DNA from: Eubacteriales bacterium
GTDB taxonomy: Bacteria; Bacillota; Clostridia; Oscillospirales; CAG-382
Length of the DNA: 64,000 nucleotides
Assembly: GCA_045598975.1 (NCBI GenBank)
Contig: JAZRVE010000112.1
Span: 2,118-66,117 of the forward strand
Direction of reading: 5' to 3'
The translations under genes were made by a program, and so were the position numbers. A model generated the notes under the pieces. That model saw only the letters and a list, made by a program, of their open reading frames with translations, searched no databases and was not told the origin of the DNA. Shown here piece after piece: positions 37,113 through 46,265 of the stretch (the stretch's first letter is position 1; each line of letters begins with the position of its first letter).

Positions 37113-38990
37113 ATGTTTGAAAAAGGAAAATCCAGGACATTTTTGATCATTCTTCTTGATTTTCTGACGGCACTCATGTCATATGCCGTATGTCTTTTGT
37201 TATTTGCCGGCATTCAGCAGATTTCAAAACTCTATGTGAGATCGGCTTTCTATGTGATCTGTGCCCTTGTGATCTACCCGATCATAAACGCTTTGTTCGG
37301 CGTTTATCGCATCATCCACCGCTATGCACAGCCGGCGGAATACATACGGTATCTGATTTCGTTCTCCGTTTCCGGAGTGCTTCTCGGAATCGCGCAGTAT
37401 GCGTTGGCTTATATGTTTCAGATTCAACGGCTGCCCATGTATTTTGTGGCGGAAGTGTCGGCAGTAAATGTCGGTGCCATGATCGTGACGCGCTTGCTGT
37501 ATCAGTATCTTTCCGGCAGAACGGAAGGCAAGGACTATCGGAAAAAGAATAAGAAAGCCGACGGCAAACGCACACTGCTTGTCGGATGCGGGCAGGCGTG
37601 CCTCATGCTGCTGACGGAACTGCGCTACCACCCGGAGCTTGGTATCCGGCCGGTCGTGGCAGTCGATCAGGATGGCAATAAAATCGGCAGAAATATTGCC
37701 GGCATCCCCATTGCGGGAACCAACGACGATATCGTCGATTTGTGCCGCAAGTACGAGATCGAGCAGATCATTGTCGCGATCCCTTCGGCGGATAATACGC
37801 ACCGCGCCGAGATCATCGGATGTTGTCGCGGACTGGACGTCAGTATCAAAATGCTGCCTCGCCTGGCGGAATTCAAGGGTGAAACGGTCGTTTCCCAGTT
37901 GCGTGACATCACCATGGAAGAACTGCTCGGACGTGAGCCCATCGAGATCAATCATACCGAGATCAACGCCTTTATCCGCGGGAAGACGGTGCTTGTCACC
38001 GGCGGCGGCGGCTCGATCGGCTCGGAACTGTGCCGTCAGATCGCCGCAAACCAGCCGAAAAAGCTCATCATTCTCGATATTTACGAAAACAATGCCTATG
38101 ATATCCAGCAGGAGCTTGCCTATAAGTATCATGACGAGCTGGATTTTGAAACGATCATTGCCTCCGTGCGGGATTTCGATCGTATCAATCAGATCATGGC
38201 AGAGTATAAGCCCAATCTTGTCATCCATGCCGCGGCGCATAAGCACGTCCCGCTGATGGAGGTCTCCCCGCAGGAAGCCATCAAGAACAATGTGTTCGGT
38301 ACTTATAATACGGCACGTGCCGCCATCCGCAACGGTGTGGCGCGCTTCATCCTCATTTCGACCGATAAGGCGGTCAATCCCACAAACGTCATGGGCGCGT
38401 CCAAGCGTATGTGCGAAATGGTCATTCAGTCGCTCAACGGACGCGGCACCGTTTTCTCGGCCGTTCGTTTCGGCAATGTGCTCGGCTCAAACGGCTCTGT
38501 CGTCCCGCTTTTCAAAAAGCAGATCGAAAACGGCGGTCCCGTGACCGTGACGCATCCCGATATCATTCGTTTCTTCATGACCATTCCGGAAGCGGTTCAG
38601 CTTGTGCTGCTTGCCTGCGCGAAAGCGGAGGGCGGTGAGATTTTCGTTCTCAATATGGGTTCTCCCGTCAGGATCGCCGATCTTGCCAAGCGTATCATCG
38701 AGCTTTCCGGCAAACGTCCGGACATTGACATCAAGATCGAGTATACGGGACTTCGTCCGGGTGAAAAGCTGTACGAGGAACTCATGATGGAGGACGAGCA
38801 TCTGGAAAAGACGGGCAACGAGATGATCTTCATCGGACACTTCGTCGATTTCGATAGGGATGCCATGGAAACCAATCTCGCGTCGATCGGAGAGATCGCC
38901 AATAACAATGCGCTGACGGACGAACAGATGAAGGATGCGCTGGAAATGGAGATCGGACGCATCGTGCCGACCTTTAACCATAAAAAATAA
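37113..38990 (+). CDS. membrane-anchored NDP-sugar 4,6-dehydratase/epimerase (CapD / PglF / EpsC family)
   Basis: Four N-terminal TM helices followed by Rossmann motifs (LLVGCGQA and VTGGGGSIGSEL). Length is 625 aa. Confidence 0.85.
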   Translation: MFEKGKSRTFLIILLDFLTALMSYAVCLLLFAGIQQISKLYVRSAFYVICALVIYPIINALFGVYRIIHRYAQPAEYIRYLISFSVSGVLLGIAQYALAYMFQIQRLPMYFVAEVSAVNVGAMIVTRLLYQYLSGRTEGKDYRKKNKKADGKRTLLVGCGQACLMLLTELRYHPELGIRPVVAVDQDGNKIGRNIAGIPIAGTNDDIVDLCRKYEIEQIIVAIPSADNTHRAEIIGCCRGLDVSIKMLPRLAEFKGETVVSQLRDITMEELLGREPIEINHTEINAFIRGKTVLVTGGGGSIGSELCRQIAANQPKKLIILDIYENNAYDIQQELAYKYHDELDFETIIASVRDFDRINQIMAEYKPNLVIHAAAHKHVPLMEVSPQEAIKNNVFGTYNTARAAIRNGVARFILISTDKAVNPTNVMGASKRMCEMVIQSLNGRGTVFSAVRFGNVLGSNGSVVPLFKKQIENGGPVTVTHPDIIRFFMTIPEAVQLVLLACAKAEGGEIFVLNMGSPVRIADLAKRIIELSGKRPDIDIKIEYTGLRPGEKLYEELMMEDEHLEKTGNEMIFIGHFVDFDRDAMETNLASIGEIANNNALTDEQMKDALEMEIGRIVPTFNHKK

Positions 38991-39012
38991 AAACATATCA
39001 CAATGACCGAAA

Positions 39013-39039
39013 GGGCGGGCGGGAGCCCGCTCTTCTTTG
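39013..39039 (+). terminator. rho-independent terminator after the capD-like gene
   Basis: GGGCGGGC-ggga-GCCCGCTC followed by TTCTTTG. Confidence 0.7.
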
Positions 39040-39065
39040 CGAAACAAGAGTGACGAGGTAAAAGC

Positions 39066-41516
39066 ATGGAGCTTGCGGAACGCTTACAAAAGGCAAAACA
39101 GACGATCTTCGAGAACGCATACGGCAGACTTAACGATAAACAAAGACAGGCGGTCTTCACGACGGAAGGACCGCTTTTGGTGCTTGCCGGCGCGGGGAGC
39201 GGCAAAACGACGGTGCTCGTCAAGCGCATTTCCCATCTCGTGCGTTACGGCAACGCCTATTTCGGCACGGCGTGCGACGAACGGATGCTTTCCGAGCCGT
39301 TCGTGCAGAAGTTAGAAGCCCTTGCCGCCGAGCCGGATGCCGATAAGGCCATGACGGAGGCGGCGCTTGCGATGTTTGCCGATCATCCGGCACGCCCGTA
39401 TGAGATACTCGCCATCACCTTCACCAATAAAGCGGCGAATGAGATCAAGGACAGACTGGCGTCGGAGCTCGGCGAGCAGGCGGATGACGTGTGGGCGGGC
39501 ACCTTCCACTCGGTGTGCGTGAAGCTTCTTCGGATGTACAGCGACCGCATCGGATACGAAAGATCGTTTACCATTTATGATACCGATGATCAGAAGCGCC
39601 TGATGACGGCGATCATCAAGGATAATAATCTCAACGATAAGACCTTCCCGGTGCGGAGCGTGCTGAACGAGATCTCGCGTGCCAAGGAACAGCTTCTCGA
39701 CAGTGCGTCGTACGCGGCAAACGTGCGGGAAAACGATCTGCGCCGCAGGACGATCTCCCGTCTGTACGAGGAATACGAGAAACGCAAAAAAGCGGCGAAC
39801 GCCATGGATTTCGACGATCTGATCCGCCTTACCGTAAAGCTGTTCGAGGAAGATAAGGAACTGCTCGAAAAGTACCGGAAAAAGTTTCGGTATATCCTTG
39901 TGGACGAATATCAGGATACCAATAAGGCGCAGTTTGTGCTGACAAGTATGCTGACCGGGGAAGAGCGCAACATCATGGTCGTCGGGGATGACGATCAGAG
40001 CATCTATAAATTCCGTGGGGCGACCATTGAGAATATCCTCGGCTTTGATAAGACCTTCCCGGGCACCAAGATCATTCGCCTGGAACAGAACTACCGCTCG
40101 ACGGGCGTCATCGTCAAGGCGGCGAACGAGGTCATCGCGCATAATCAGTACCGCAAGGGCAAAACGCTCTGGACCGGCAATGAAACGGGCGAAAAGATCA
40201 CCGTCTGTCAGTGCAACGATCAGAATGCCGAGGCGCAGTATATCGTAAATTGCATTTCGGAATTGGTGGCGGCGGGAGAGTACCGGTTTGAGGATTTTGC
40301 GGTGCTGTACCGCATGAATTCGCAGTCAAACGCGTTGGAAACCGTTTTTGCCAAGAGCGGTATCCCGTACCGCATCATCGGCGGCACGCGTTTTTACGAG
40401 CGTAAGGAGATCAAGGACGTCATCGCGTATCTGTGCGTTATGGCAAATCCGGGCGATAATCTGCGGCTGAAACGTATCATCAACGTACCTAAACGCGGCA
40501 TCGGCGATTCTACCGTCGAAGAACTGGAACGCATCGCCGCCGCGGAGGGGAAGGATATGCTGTTCTGCGCGCTCAATGCGGCAAGCTATCCGTCGCTCGG
40601 AAGAAGCGCGGCAAAACTGGCGGCGTTTGCGGAAATGATGTACGGGCTGAAAGAAGGCTATGCGGCGCTTCCCGTTGGGGTGTGCGTCGAAAAGGTGCTT
40701 GCCAAGAGCGGCTATATGGAAATGCTTGCCGCCCTCGACGAAGCCGAAGCCAAGGATCGCTCGGACAACGTCAAGGAGCTCGTTTCCAATGCCACGCAGT
40801 ACGGCAATAACACGCCGGACGCGACGCTGGAAGGCTTCCTCGAAGAAGTGGCACTCGTGGCGGACATCGACAACTACGAAAAAGAGGCGTCGGCGGTCGT
40901 GATGATGACGGTGCACAGCGCCAAGGGACTCGAATTTCCGGTCGTGTTCCTGCCGGGCATGGAGGAAGGCGTATTTCCGGGCACGCAGACCATCGCCGAG
41001 GCGGATGAGGAAATGGAAGAGGAGCGGCGGCTTGCCTACGTGGCGCTGACGCGGGCACAGAAAAAACTGTACGTTGTGCACTGCCGGACGCGCATGATCT
41101 TCGGACGGACGGAATTTCATCAGAAATCCCGCTTCGCGGAGGAGATCCCGGAAGACCTTTGTGAAATGCGGTCGACGCTCGTCGATATCACCTATGACCG
41201 ACCGACCGTGCGTTCTTCCTATGACCTGTACGGAAGACCGTCCTTCGGGGCAAAAGAGAAGAAAACGACCGGCAGTGTGTCCGCTTTTTCCGCACGGACG
41301 GAAAAGGGCTATATGCAGGCGCAGGCGGGCAAAAAAGCGGACAGCGCGCCGACCGAGCGATTTGCCGTCGGAACGCGGGTGGCGCACCCCGTTTTCGGGG
41401 AGGGAACGGTGCTGTCGGCAAAGCCGATGTCGTCGGACGTGCTGTACGAGGTCGCCTTCGACAGTGTCGGCACCAAAAAGATCATGGGAAATTTCGCCAA
41501 GATGAAGCGGGCATAG
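39066..41516 (+). CDS. pcrA: ATP-dependent DNA helicase PcrA (UvrD family)
   Basis: LLVLAGAGSGKTTVL Walker A, ILVDEYQDTN and TVHSAKGLEFPVVF motifs, and a C-terminal Tudor-like tail (VAHPVFGEGTVL). Confidence 0.95.
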   Translation: MELAERLQKAKQTIFENAYGRLNDKQRQAVFTTEGPLLVLAGAGSGKTTVLVKRISHLVRYGNAYFGTACDERMLSEPFVQKLEALAAEPDADKAMTEAALAMFADHPARPYEILAITFTNKAANEIKDRLASELGEQADDVWAGTFHSVCVKLLRMYSDRIGYERSFTIYDTDDQKRLMTAIIKDNNLNDKTFPVRSVLNEISRAKEQLLDSASYAANVRENDLRRRTISRLYEEYEKRKKAANAMDFDDLIRLTVKLFEEDKELLEKYRKKFRYILVDEYQDTNKAQFVLTSMLTGEERNIMVVGDDDQSIYKFRGATIENILGFDKTFPGTKIIRLEQNYRSTGVIVKAANEVIAHNQYRKGKTLWTGNETGEKITVCQCNDQNAEAQYIVNCISELVAAGEYRFEDFAVLYRMNSQSNALETVFAKSGIPYRIIGGTRFYERKEIKDVIAYLCVMANPGDNLRLKRIINVPKRGIGDSTVEELERIAAAEGKDMLFCALNAASYPSLGRSAAKLAAFAEMMYGLKEGYAALPVGVCVEKVLAKSGYMEMLAALDEAEAKDRSDNVKELVSNATQYGNNTPDATLEGFLEEVALVADIDNYEKEASAVVMMTVHSAKGLEFPVVFLPGMEEGVFPGTQTIAEADEEMEEERRLAYVALTRAQKKLYVVHCRTRMIFGRTEFHQKSRFAEEIPEDLCEMRSTLVDITYDRPTVRSSYDLYGRPSFGAKEKKTTGSVSAFSARTEKGYMQAQAGKKADSAPTERFAVGTRVAHPVFGEGTVLSAKPMSSDVLYEVAFDSVGTKKIMGNFAKMKRA

Positions 41517-41577
41517 CGGTGTGAATAAGGTAAAAAACGCAAAAATGAAAAAAAGTGGAAAAAAATAAAAAAAAGAC

Positions 41578-41606
41578 TTGCAATTTCAAAAGTATCGTGA
41601 TATAAT
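41578..41606 (+). promoter_or_regulatory. sigma-A-type promoter of rpmB
   Basis: TTGCAA-17 nt-TATAAT with an extended -10 TG (cgtgaTATAAT). Confidence 0.65.
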
Positions 41607-41679
41607 ACACAGTGTTGTCCTATGGGTGTCGAAAAACGCCCGCAGGAAAAAAGCAGTTCACGTTTTGGAGGTGTAAACA

Positions 41680-41871
41680 ATGGCAAAATGCGAAATCTGC
41701 GGAAAGGGCGTTACCTTTGGCTGTAACGTATCCCACTCCAACAGAAAGACAAACCGCACCTGGAAGCCCAACATAAGAAGCGTAAAGGTAGTCGAAAACG
41801 GCACGCACAAGACCATCAATATCTGTTCTCGCTGCCTTCGTACCAGAAAAAAGACGTCTGCAGCCGTCTGA
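41680..41871 (+). CDS. rpmB: 50S ribosomal protein L28
   Basis: MAKCEICGKGVTFGCNVSHSNRKTNRTWKPNI. RBS GGAGG. Confidence 0.95.
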   Translation: MAKCEICGKGVTFGCNVSHSNRKTNRTWKPNIRSVKVVENGTHKTINICSRCLRTRKKTSAAV

Positions 41872-41917
41872 TTCCGGTCACGGATAAACACGTATAAAAT
41901 TTATGTTTGCAAACAGG

Positions 41918-41943
41918 AAACCCCGGGAAAGTTCCCGGGGTTT
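41918..41943. terminator. bidirectional terminator between rpmB and the sipL-like gene
   Basis: AAACCCCGGGAA-ag-TTCCCGGGGTTT, followed by T. Confidence 0.8.
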
Positions 41944-41951
41944 TGTCTTGT

Positions 41952-43487
41952 TTAACGGCAGGGAATGAGCAGCGGCGTTTCGTCGGTGACGCACTCGCCG
42001 GAAAGGTGGTTGGTCTCTTTGAAAAGGGCAAGCGGTACGTCGTAGCGCTTGGCGATGTCCCAGTACGTTTCTTTGAGACTCGGATAATAGAGGATAAATT
42101 CGGAATGGCAGGCGTTTTTGGGGGCGTCATAGTCAACGGAAAAGCCTTCGAGCGCCGGGAAGCGGACGCGCTCGACGCCGATGCCGCTCACGGTAAGGGT
42201 AAGCGCAAGGACGGTCTCTCCGGCACGCAGATAGGCGTCGCAGGACTTGACGGACGCGGCAAGCAGATATTTCCCGTCGGCGGGGATGTCGTGCACGCTT
42301 TCGAGCGGGAAGCGAAACGTCACGGGAGCGGTGTAGGAGACGAGCTCGTTGTTTTTGGTGCCGCCTGCGGTGAGGGAGCCTTTCCCGGCGAAAAACAGCC
42401 TGCCGTCGGAAGCGTCGAGCGCATACCAACAGAGCTCGAAGTGCGAATGGTGGATGAGTGAAAAGCGGGATGCGTCGATGGAGACGGGGCATTCCCCGTT
42501 CAGCGTTTCGCGGAAGGTGCCGGCGAGCTTTTCCGCCGTGACGGTGCCGTATTCCGGTGTGCTCTGATAGTCGGGACAGTAGGCGTCTTCGGCGTAGGAG
42601 ACCGTTTCCTCCGAGAAGCAGTCGAACAGACAGTCGAAGGAGGCGCTGACGGTGAGTAACTTGTTCTCGCCGTAGGCGTCATAGGATGAGCCGGCTTCGA
42701 GATAGCAGAGACAGCCTTTGCCGAGTGAGGTGACGGGGGTGTCGCCGAATTCGTACGCGATCTCGCCGGAAAACGGGAGTTCTTTGGTGAGATACAGATA
42801 ATCGGCGGTTTCGGCGCCGTCGCTTTCGGCACGGTAGCCGGCGTGGACGGTGAGGGTGCCGGTATAGCGGAGCACGTCGGGACGAACGTCGCAGGAATCG
42901 ACCGAAAGATCGCCGTACAGTTCGGTAATGTCGGCAATGGGCGCCATGCCCTCTCCGAGCGGGATTTCCTCGCGGAGCGACTGCGAAGCGTGCAGCTTTG
43001 TGTGGCGGGCGACGTCCTTGGTGTTTTCCCGGACGGTGATGCTTTCGTCGGCAAAGGACAGCATATCCTTGTCCCCGCAGGAGAAAAGGTCCAGTTGAAG
43101 CCGGACCGTCATGCGCACGTCAACGGCACGCTGTCCGTTTTGCCTTGCGGAAACGCCGGAAACGCAGACACACTTTTCGGCGAACGCCGTGTTGAGCGTT
43201 TCTTCGTCGAGGGAAGTATCAAAGGTGTGCGCAAATTCGACGGGGAAGACGTATGCGCGGAGAAAACCGGTGTTCTCGGAGAGGTAGAGCAGGCGGACGG
43301 AAACGGTACCGGAAAGCGTGACGCTGCCGTTCTGACAGGACATGTCCGAAACGCAGGCAGTACCGCAGGCGGAGAGAATTTTGCGGATATCCGGCTGATA
43401 ATCGGGAAGCGTATCGGATACCGAGAGAGGGAAGTCGGCTTTTTCGGAAAAGAGAGGCTGACAGACCGGAAGAAGATAGTGACTCAT
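41952..43487 (-). CDS. sipL: DUF3794 (SPOCS) / C-terminal LysM sporulation protein, SipL-like
   Basis: ATG 43487 follows AAGGAG. The N-terminal region (LPDYQPDIRKILSACGTACVSDMSCQNGSVTLSGTVSVRLLY) is typical of DUF3794 repeats. The C-terminal LysM domain is YYPSLKETYWDIAKRYDVPLALFKETNHL. The length of 511 aa is comparable to C. difficile SipL. Confidence 0.7.
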   Translation of the reverse strand: MSHYLLPVCQPLFSEKADFPLSVSDTLPDYQPDIRKILSACGTACVSDMSCQNGSVTLSGTVSVRLLYLSENTGFLRAYVFPVEFAHTFDTSLDEETLNTAFAEKCVCVSGVSARQNGQRAVDVRMTVRLQLDLFSCGDKDMLSFADESITVRENTKDVARHTKLHASQSLREEIPLGEGMAPIADITELYGDLSVDSCDVRPDVLRYTGTLTVHAGYRAESDGAETADYLYLTKELPFSGEIAYEFGDTPVTSLGKGCLCYLEAGSSYDAYGENKLLTVSASFDCLFDCFSEETVSYAEDAYCPDYQSTPEYGTVTAEKLAGTFRETLNGECPVSIDASRFSLIHHSHFELCWYALDASDGRLFFAGKGSLTAGGTKNNELVSYTAPVTFRFPLESVHDIPADGKYLLAASVKSCDAYLRAGETVLALTLTVSGIGVERVRFPALEGFSVDYDAPKNACHSEFILYYPSLKETYWDIAKRYDVPLALFKETNHLSGECVTDETPLLIPCR

Positions 43488-43538
43488 AAAAAAACTCCTT
43501 TGCACGTTTGTTGATACATCGTATGCAAAGGAGTTTTT
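43488..43538 (-). terminator. strong hairpin plus U-run immediately upstream of the sipL ATG; its 3' arm contains the sipL RBS
   Basis: On the minus strand: AAAAACTCCTTTGCA-19 nt loop-TGCAAAGGAGTTTTT, a 15-bp perfect stem, continuing as TT and then ATG. Confidence 0.7.
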
Positions 43539-43546
43539 CTTTATGA
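43518..43546 (-). promoter_or_regulatory. sigma-E-type (mother-cell) promoter candidate for sipL
   Basis: On the minus strand: TCATAAA-14 nt-CATACGAT, compared with the B. subtilis sigma-E consensus ZHATAXX-14-CATACAHT. That is 7/7 and 7/8 matches. Confidence 0.45.
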
Positions 43547-43554
43547 CCGGGGCG

Positions 43555-43632
43555 TTAAGATTTTCCGCCGCGTAAGAAGAGCTTGAAGAAGGGAACGAGA
43601 AAACGGGGCGGGGAGAACAAAACGATTTTCAT
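43555..43632 (-). CDS. tentative 25-codon micro-ORF (MKIVLFSPPRFLVPFFKLFLRGGKS)
   Basis: ATG is preceded by GGAAAGGA at 10-nt spacing. It lies between the 48-aa ORF and the terminator hairpin. There is no homology evidence. Confidence 0.25.
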   Translation of the reverse strand: MKIVLFSPPRFLVPFFKLFLRGGKS

Positions 43633-43675
43633 ATCGGGATCATCCTTTCCGTATCGTCTGTCCGATTGTGTCCGA

Positions 43676-43822
43676 TTATCCGAAGAGAGCGAGGATACCC
43701 GCAAGCACCAAAAGCAAAGCTTCCAGACAGACGAGCACGACGGCGGGCAGAAAGCTGGCGAGCAGAATACCGAACCCGATGCATAAGACGCCGGCTCCGA
43801 CGAGAGAGGAATACTTTTTCAT
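43676..43822 (-). CDS. 48-aa two-TM small membrane protein, unknown function
   Basis: ATG 43822 lies 6 nt after the strong RBS AAAGAGGTG. The product is MKKYSSLVGAGVLCIGFGILLASFLPAVVLVCLEALLLVLAGILALFG. The longer track ORF (to 43978) has no RBS. Confidence 0.5.
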   Translation of the reverse strand: MKKYSSLVGAGVLCIGFGILLASFLPAVVLVCLEALLLVLAGILALFG

Positions 43823-43989
43823 GCGGGACACCTCTTTGATAAGCGTATTTTCGGTTACGGTACAGTATATGCGCGAAAAGAAAAAAACGGTACAAAAAAA
43901 CGGAAAAACGAATAAAAAAGGACTTGCCGACCTACCATAGAAACAAAGCGGCCGCCGGAAAAAAGAGCGGGAAAACATGGGGCATATCC

Positions 43990-44018
43990 TTGACTTTGGG
44001 CGCAGGATGTGGTATGAT
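43990..44018 (+). promoter_or_regulatory. sigma-A-type promoter of rseP-ispG
   Basis: TTGACT-17 nt-TATGAT with an extended -10 TG (tgtggTATGAT). Confidence 0.6.
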
Positions 44019-44088
44019 AATAAAAAATGGATACCTGTATGCTTGGCGATGAACGGATGTGCCGTGACAGTACGGAAAGGATAAGGGC

Positions 44089-45147
44089 ATGACGATTCTG
44101 TATATTCTGCTTGCCGTTGTAATGTTCGGCATCATCATTTTCTTACACGAATGGGGACACTTTGCGGCGGCGAGACTGTTCGGCGTCGGGGTGACGGAGT
44201 TTGCCATCGGTATGGGACCGAAGCTGTTTTCCGTCACGGGCAAGACGGGCACGGTGTATTCCGTGCGGGCGCTTCCCATCGGCGGCTTCGTCAATATGGT
44301 CGGCGAGGACGACGATACGGACGATCCGTCGTCCATTCAGGCAAAGCCGCTGTACGCGCGGATGCTCATCGTTGCCGCAGGTGCACTGATGAATCTCGCA
44401 CTGGGGCTTGTTCTCATGGCGGGGCTTGTGGCACTTTCCGAAAGCATCCCCTCGACGACGGTGGAAAGCCTGTATGCCGACGTCGGCGGCGAGATCGGGT
44501 ATTATGAAGAGGTGCCGGGCTTTCCCATCAAAGCCGGGGACACCATCAAGAAGATAGACGGCACGACCATCCGTGTAAAAGATGACCTGCTGTATGAGGT
44601 GCTGTTTCAGTCGGACGGCGTAGCGGACGTTACGGTGGAGCGGGACGGAAAAACGCTTCTGTTCAAGGACGTGCCGTTCGGCACTTATACCGAAAGCGGC
44701 ATCGTCGTCGGGAACGCCTCGTATATCGTGACGACGGAGCTTCCCAAAACGGTGTGGGAGGTGGCGAAGCAGGCGGTCTGCCGTTCGTTTGCCATCACAA
44801 AAATGCTGCTTCGTTCGCTGTTTCGTACCGTGAAGGGCGAATACGGCACGCAGGCACTGTCGGGACCGGTCGGCATGATCGAGCAGGTCGGCGAGACGGC
44901 GCAGTACGGCTTTTCCTCGCTCGTATTTCTGATCACCGTCATCACCTTCAATCTGGGGCTCTTCAATCTGCTCCCGCTTCCGGCACTTGACGGCGGGCGG
45001 CTGTTCTTCCTGTTTCTGGAACTGATCTTCGGCAGACCGGTACCGCAGAAATATGAAGAATATGTCCATGCGGCGGGCTTTGTACTGCTGATGGGACTAA
45101 TGGTGTTCGTCACCTATCAGGACGTTGTGAGGCTATTTGTAAAATAA
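44089..45147 (+). CDS. rseP: site-2 (M50) intramembrane zinc metalloprotease RseP
   Basis: HEWGHFAAAR (HExxH), a central PDZ-like region and the NLLPLPALDGG motif. Confidence 0.9.
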   Translation: MTILYILLAVVMFGIIIFLHEWGHFAAARLFGVGVTEFAIGMGPKLFSVTGKTGTVYSVRALPIGGFVNMVGEDDDTDDPSSIQAKPLYARMLIVAAGALMNLALGLVLMAGLVALSESIPSTTVESLYADVGGEIGYYEEVPGFPIKAGDTIKKIDGTTIRVKDDLLYEVLFQSDGVADVTVERDGKTLLFKDVPFGTYTESGIVVGNASYIVTTELPKTVWEVAKQAVCRSFAITKMLLRSLFRTVKGEYGTQALSGPVGMIEQVGETAQYGFSSLVFLITVITFNLGLFNLLPLPALDGGRLFFLFLELIFGRPVPQKYEEYVHAAGFVLLMGLMVFVTYQDVVRLFVK

Positions 45148-45161
45148 AAGGGGAAAAGAAA

Positions 45162-46226
45162 ATGCAGCGCAGAAAAACACGCGAAGTCAAGGTCGGGAAA
45201 GTGGGCATCGGCGGGGAAAACGCCATCGCCATCCAGTCCATGACGTTTACCAAGACCTCGGATAAAGAGGCGACGCTCGCGCAGATACGGAGTCTTGAAC
45301 AGGCGGGCTGTGAGATCGTTCGCTTTTCGGTACCGGACGAAGCGTGCGCCGAGAGCATCCCGTATCTCAAAGAGCATACGGATATCCCGCTTGTGGCGGA
45401 TATCCATTTCGACTACCGGCTGGCGCTCAAAGCCGCCGAATACGGCATCGACAAGATCCGCATCAACCCCGGCAATATCGGCGAAGAGGAGCGCGTCAAA
45501 AAAGTGGTGGACGCCTGCAAGGCAAGGCATATCCCCATCCGTATCGGCGTCAACGGCGGCTCTCTCGAAAAGAGCATCCTGCAAAAATACGGCTCGCCGA
45601 CGGCGGAGGCACTCTGCGAAAGCGCGCTGTACCATGTCAGTCTGCTTGAAAAATACGATTTTTACGATACCGTCGTTTCCATCAAGTCCTCCGACGTCAC
45701 CACCATGATAGAGGCAAACCGCCTGTTTGCCGGGCGGACGGATTACCCGCTGCACCTCGGCGTGACGGAAGCCGGCACCGAACGCATGGGGCTCATCCGG
45801 TCGAGCATCGGCATCGGCTCACTGCTTGCCGACGGCATCGGGGATACGCTGCGGGTGTCGCTTTCGGACGACGTTGTCAAGGAGGTACAGGCGGCGAAGG
45901 ATATCCTCTCGGCACTCGGACTGCGAAAAGGCGTAAAGATCGTGTCCTGCCCGACCTGCTCGCGGTGCAACATCAAGGTGTTTGAAACGGCGAAACGGTT
46001 GGAGGAAGCCTTGAAGGACAAGCCGTGGGACATGACGGTCGCCGTCATGGGCTGTGCCGTCAACGGACCGGGAGAGGCAAGAGAAGCGGATATCGGCATC
46101 GCCGGCGGCAACGGCAACGCACTGCTGTTCAAAAAAGGCGAGATCGTGCGCAGTATCGACGCCGACACCATTTTTGAGACCTTGCTTGCCGAAGCGACGG
46201 CACTTCACGAAGAAACCGGAAAATAA
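45162..46226 (+). CDS. ispG: 4-hydroxy-3-methylbut-2-enyl diphosphate synthase IspG (GcpE)
   Basis: VGIGGENAIAIQSMT, RINPGNIG and C-terminal Fe-S cysteines (SCPTCSRC...GCAVNGPGE). Confidence 0.95.
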   Translation: MQRRKTREVKVGKVGIGGENAIAIQSMTFTKTSDKEATLAQIRSLEQAGCEIVRFSVPDEACAESIPYLKEHTDIPLVADIHFDYRLALKAAEYGIDKIRINPGNIGEEERVKKVVDACKARHIPIRIGVNGGSLEKSILQKYGSPTAEALCESALYHVSLLEKYDFYDTVVSIKSSDVTTMIEANRLFAGRTDYPLHLGVTEAGTERMGLIRSSIGIGSLLADGIGDTLRVSLSDDVVKEVQAAKDILSALGLRKGVKIVSCPTCSRCNIKVFETAKRLEEALKDKPWDMTVAVMGCAVNGPGEAREADIGIAGGNGNALLFKKGEIVRSIDADTIFETLLAEATALHEETGK

Positions 46227-46265
46227 AGAATTTTTACATAAACCAACAGTTAAGGAGATAACATC

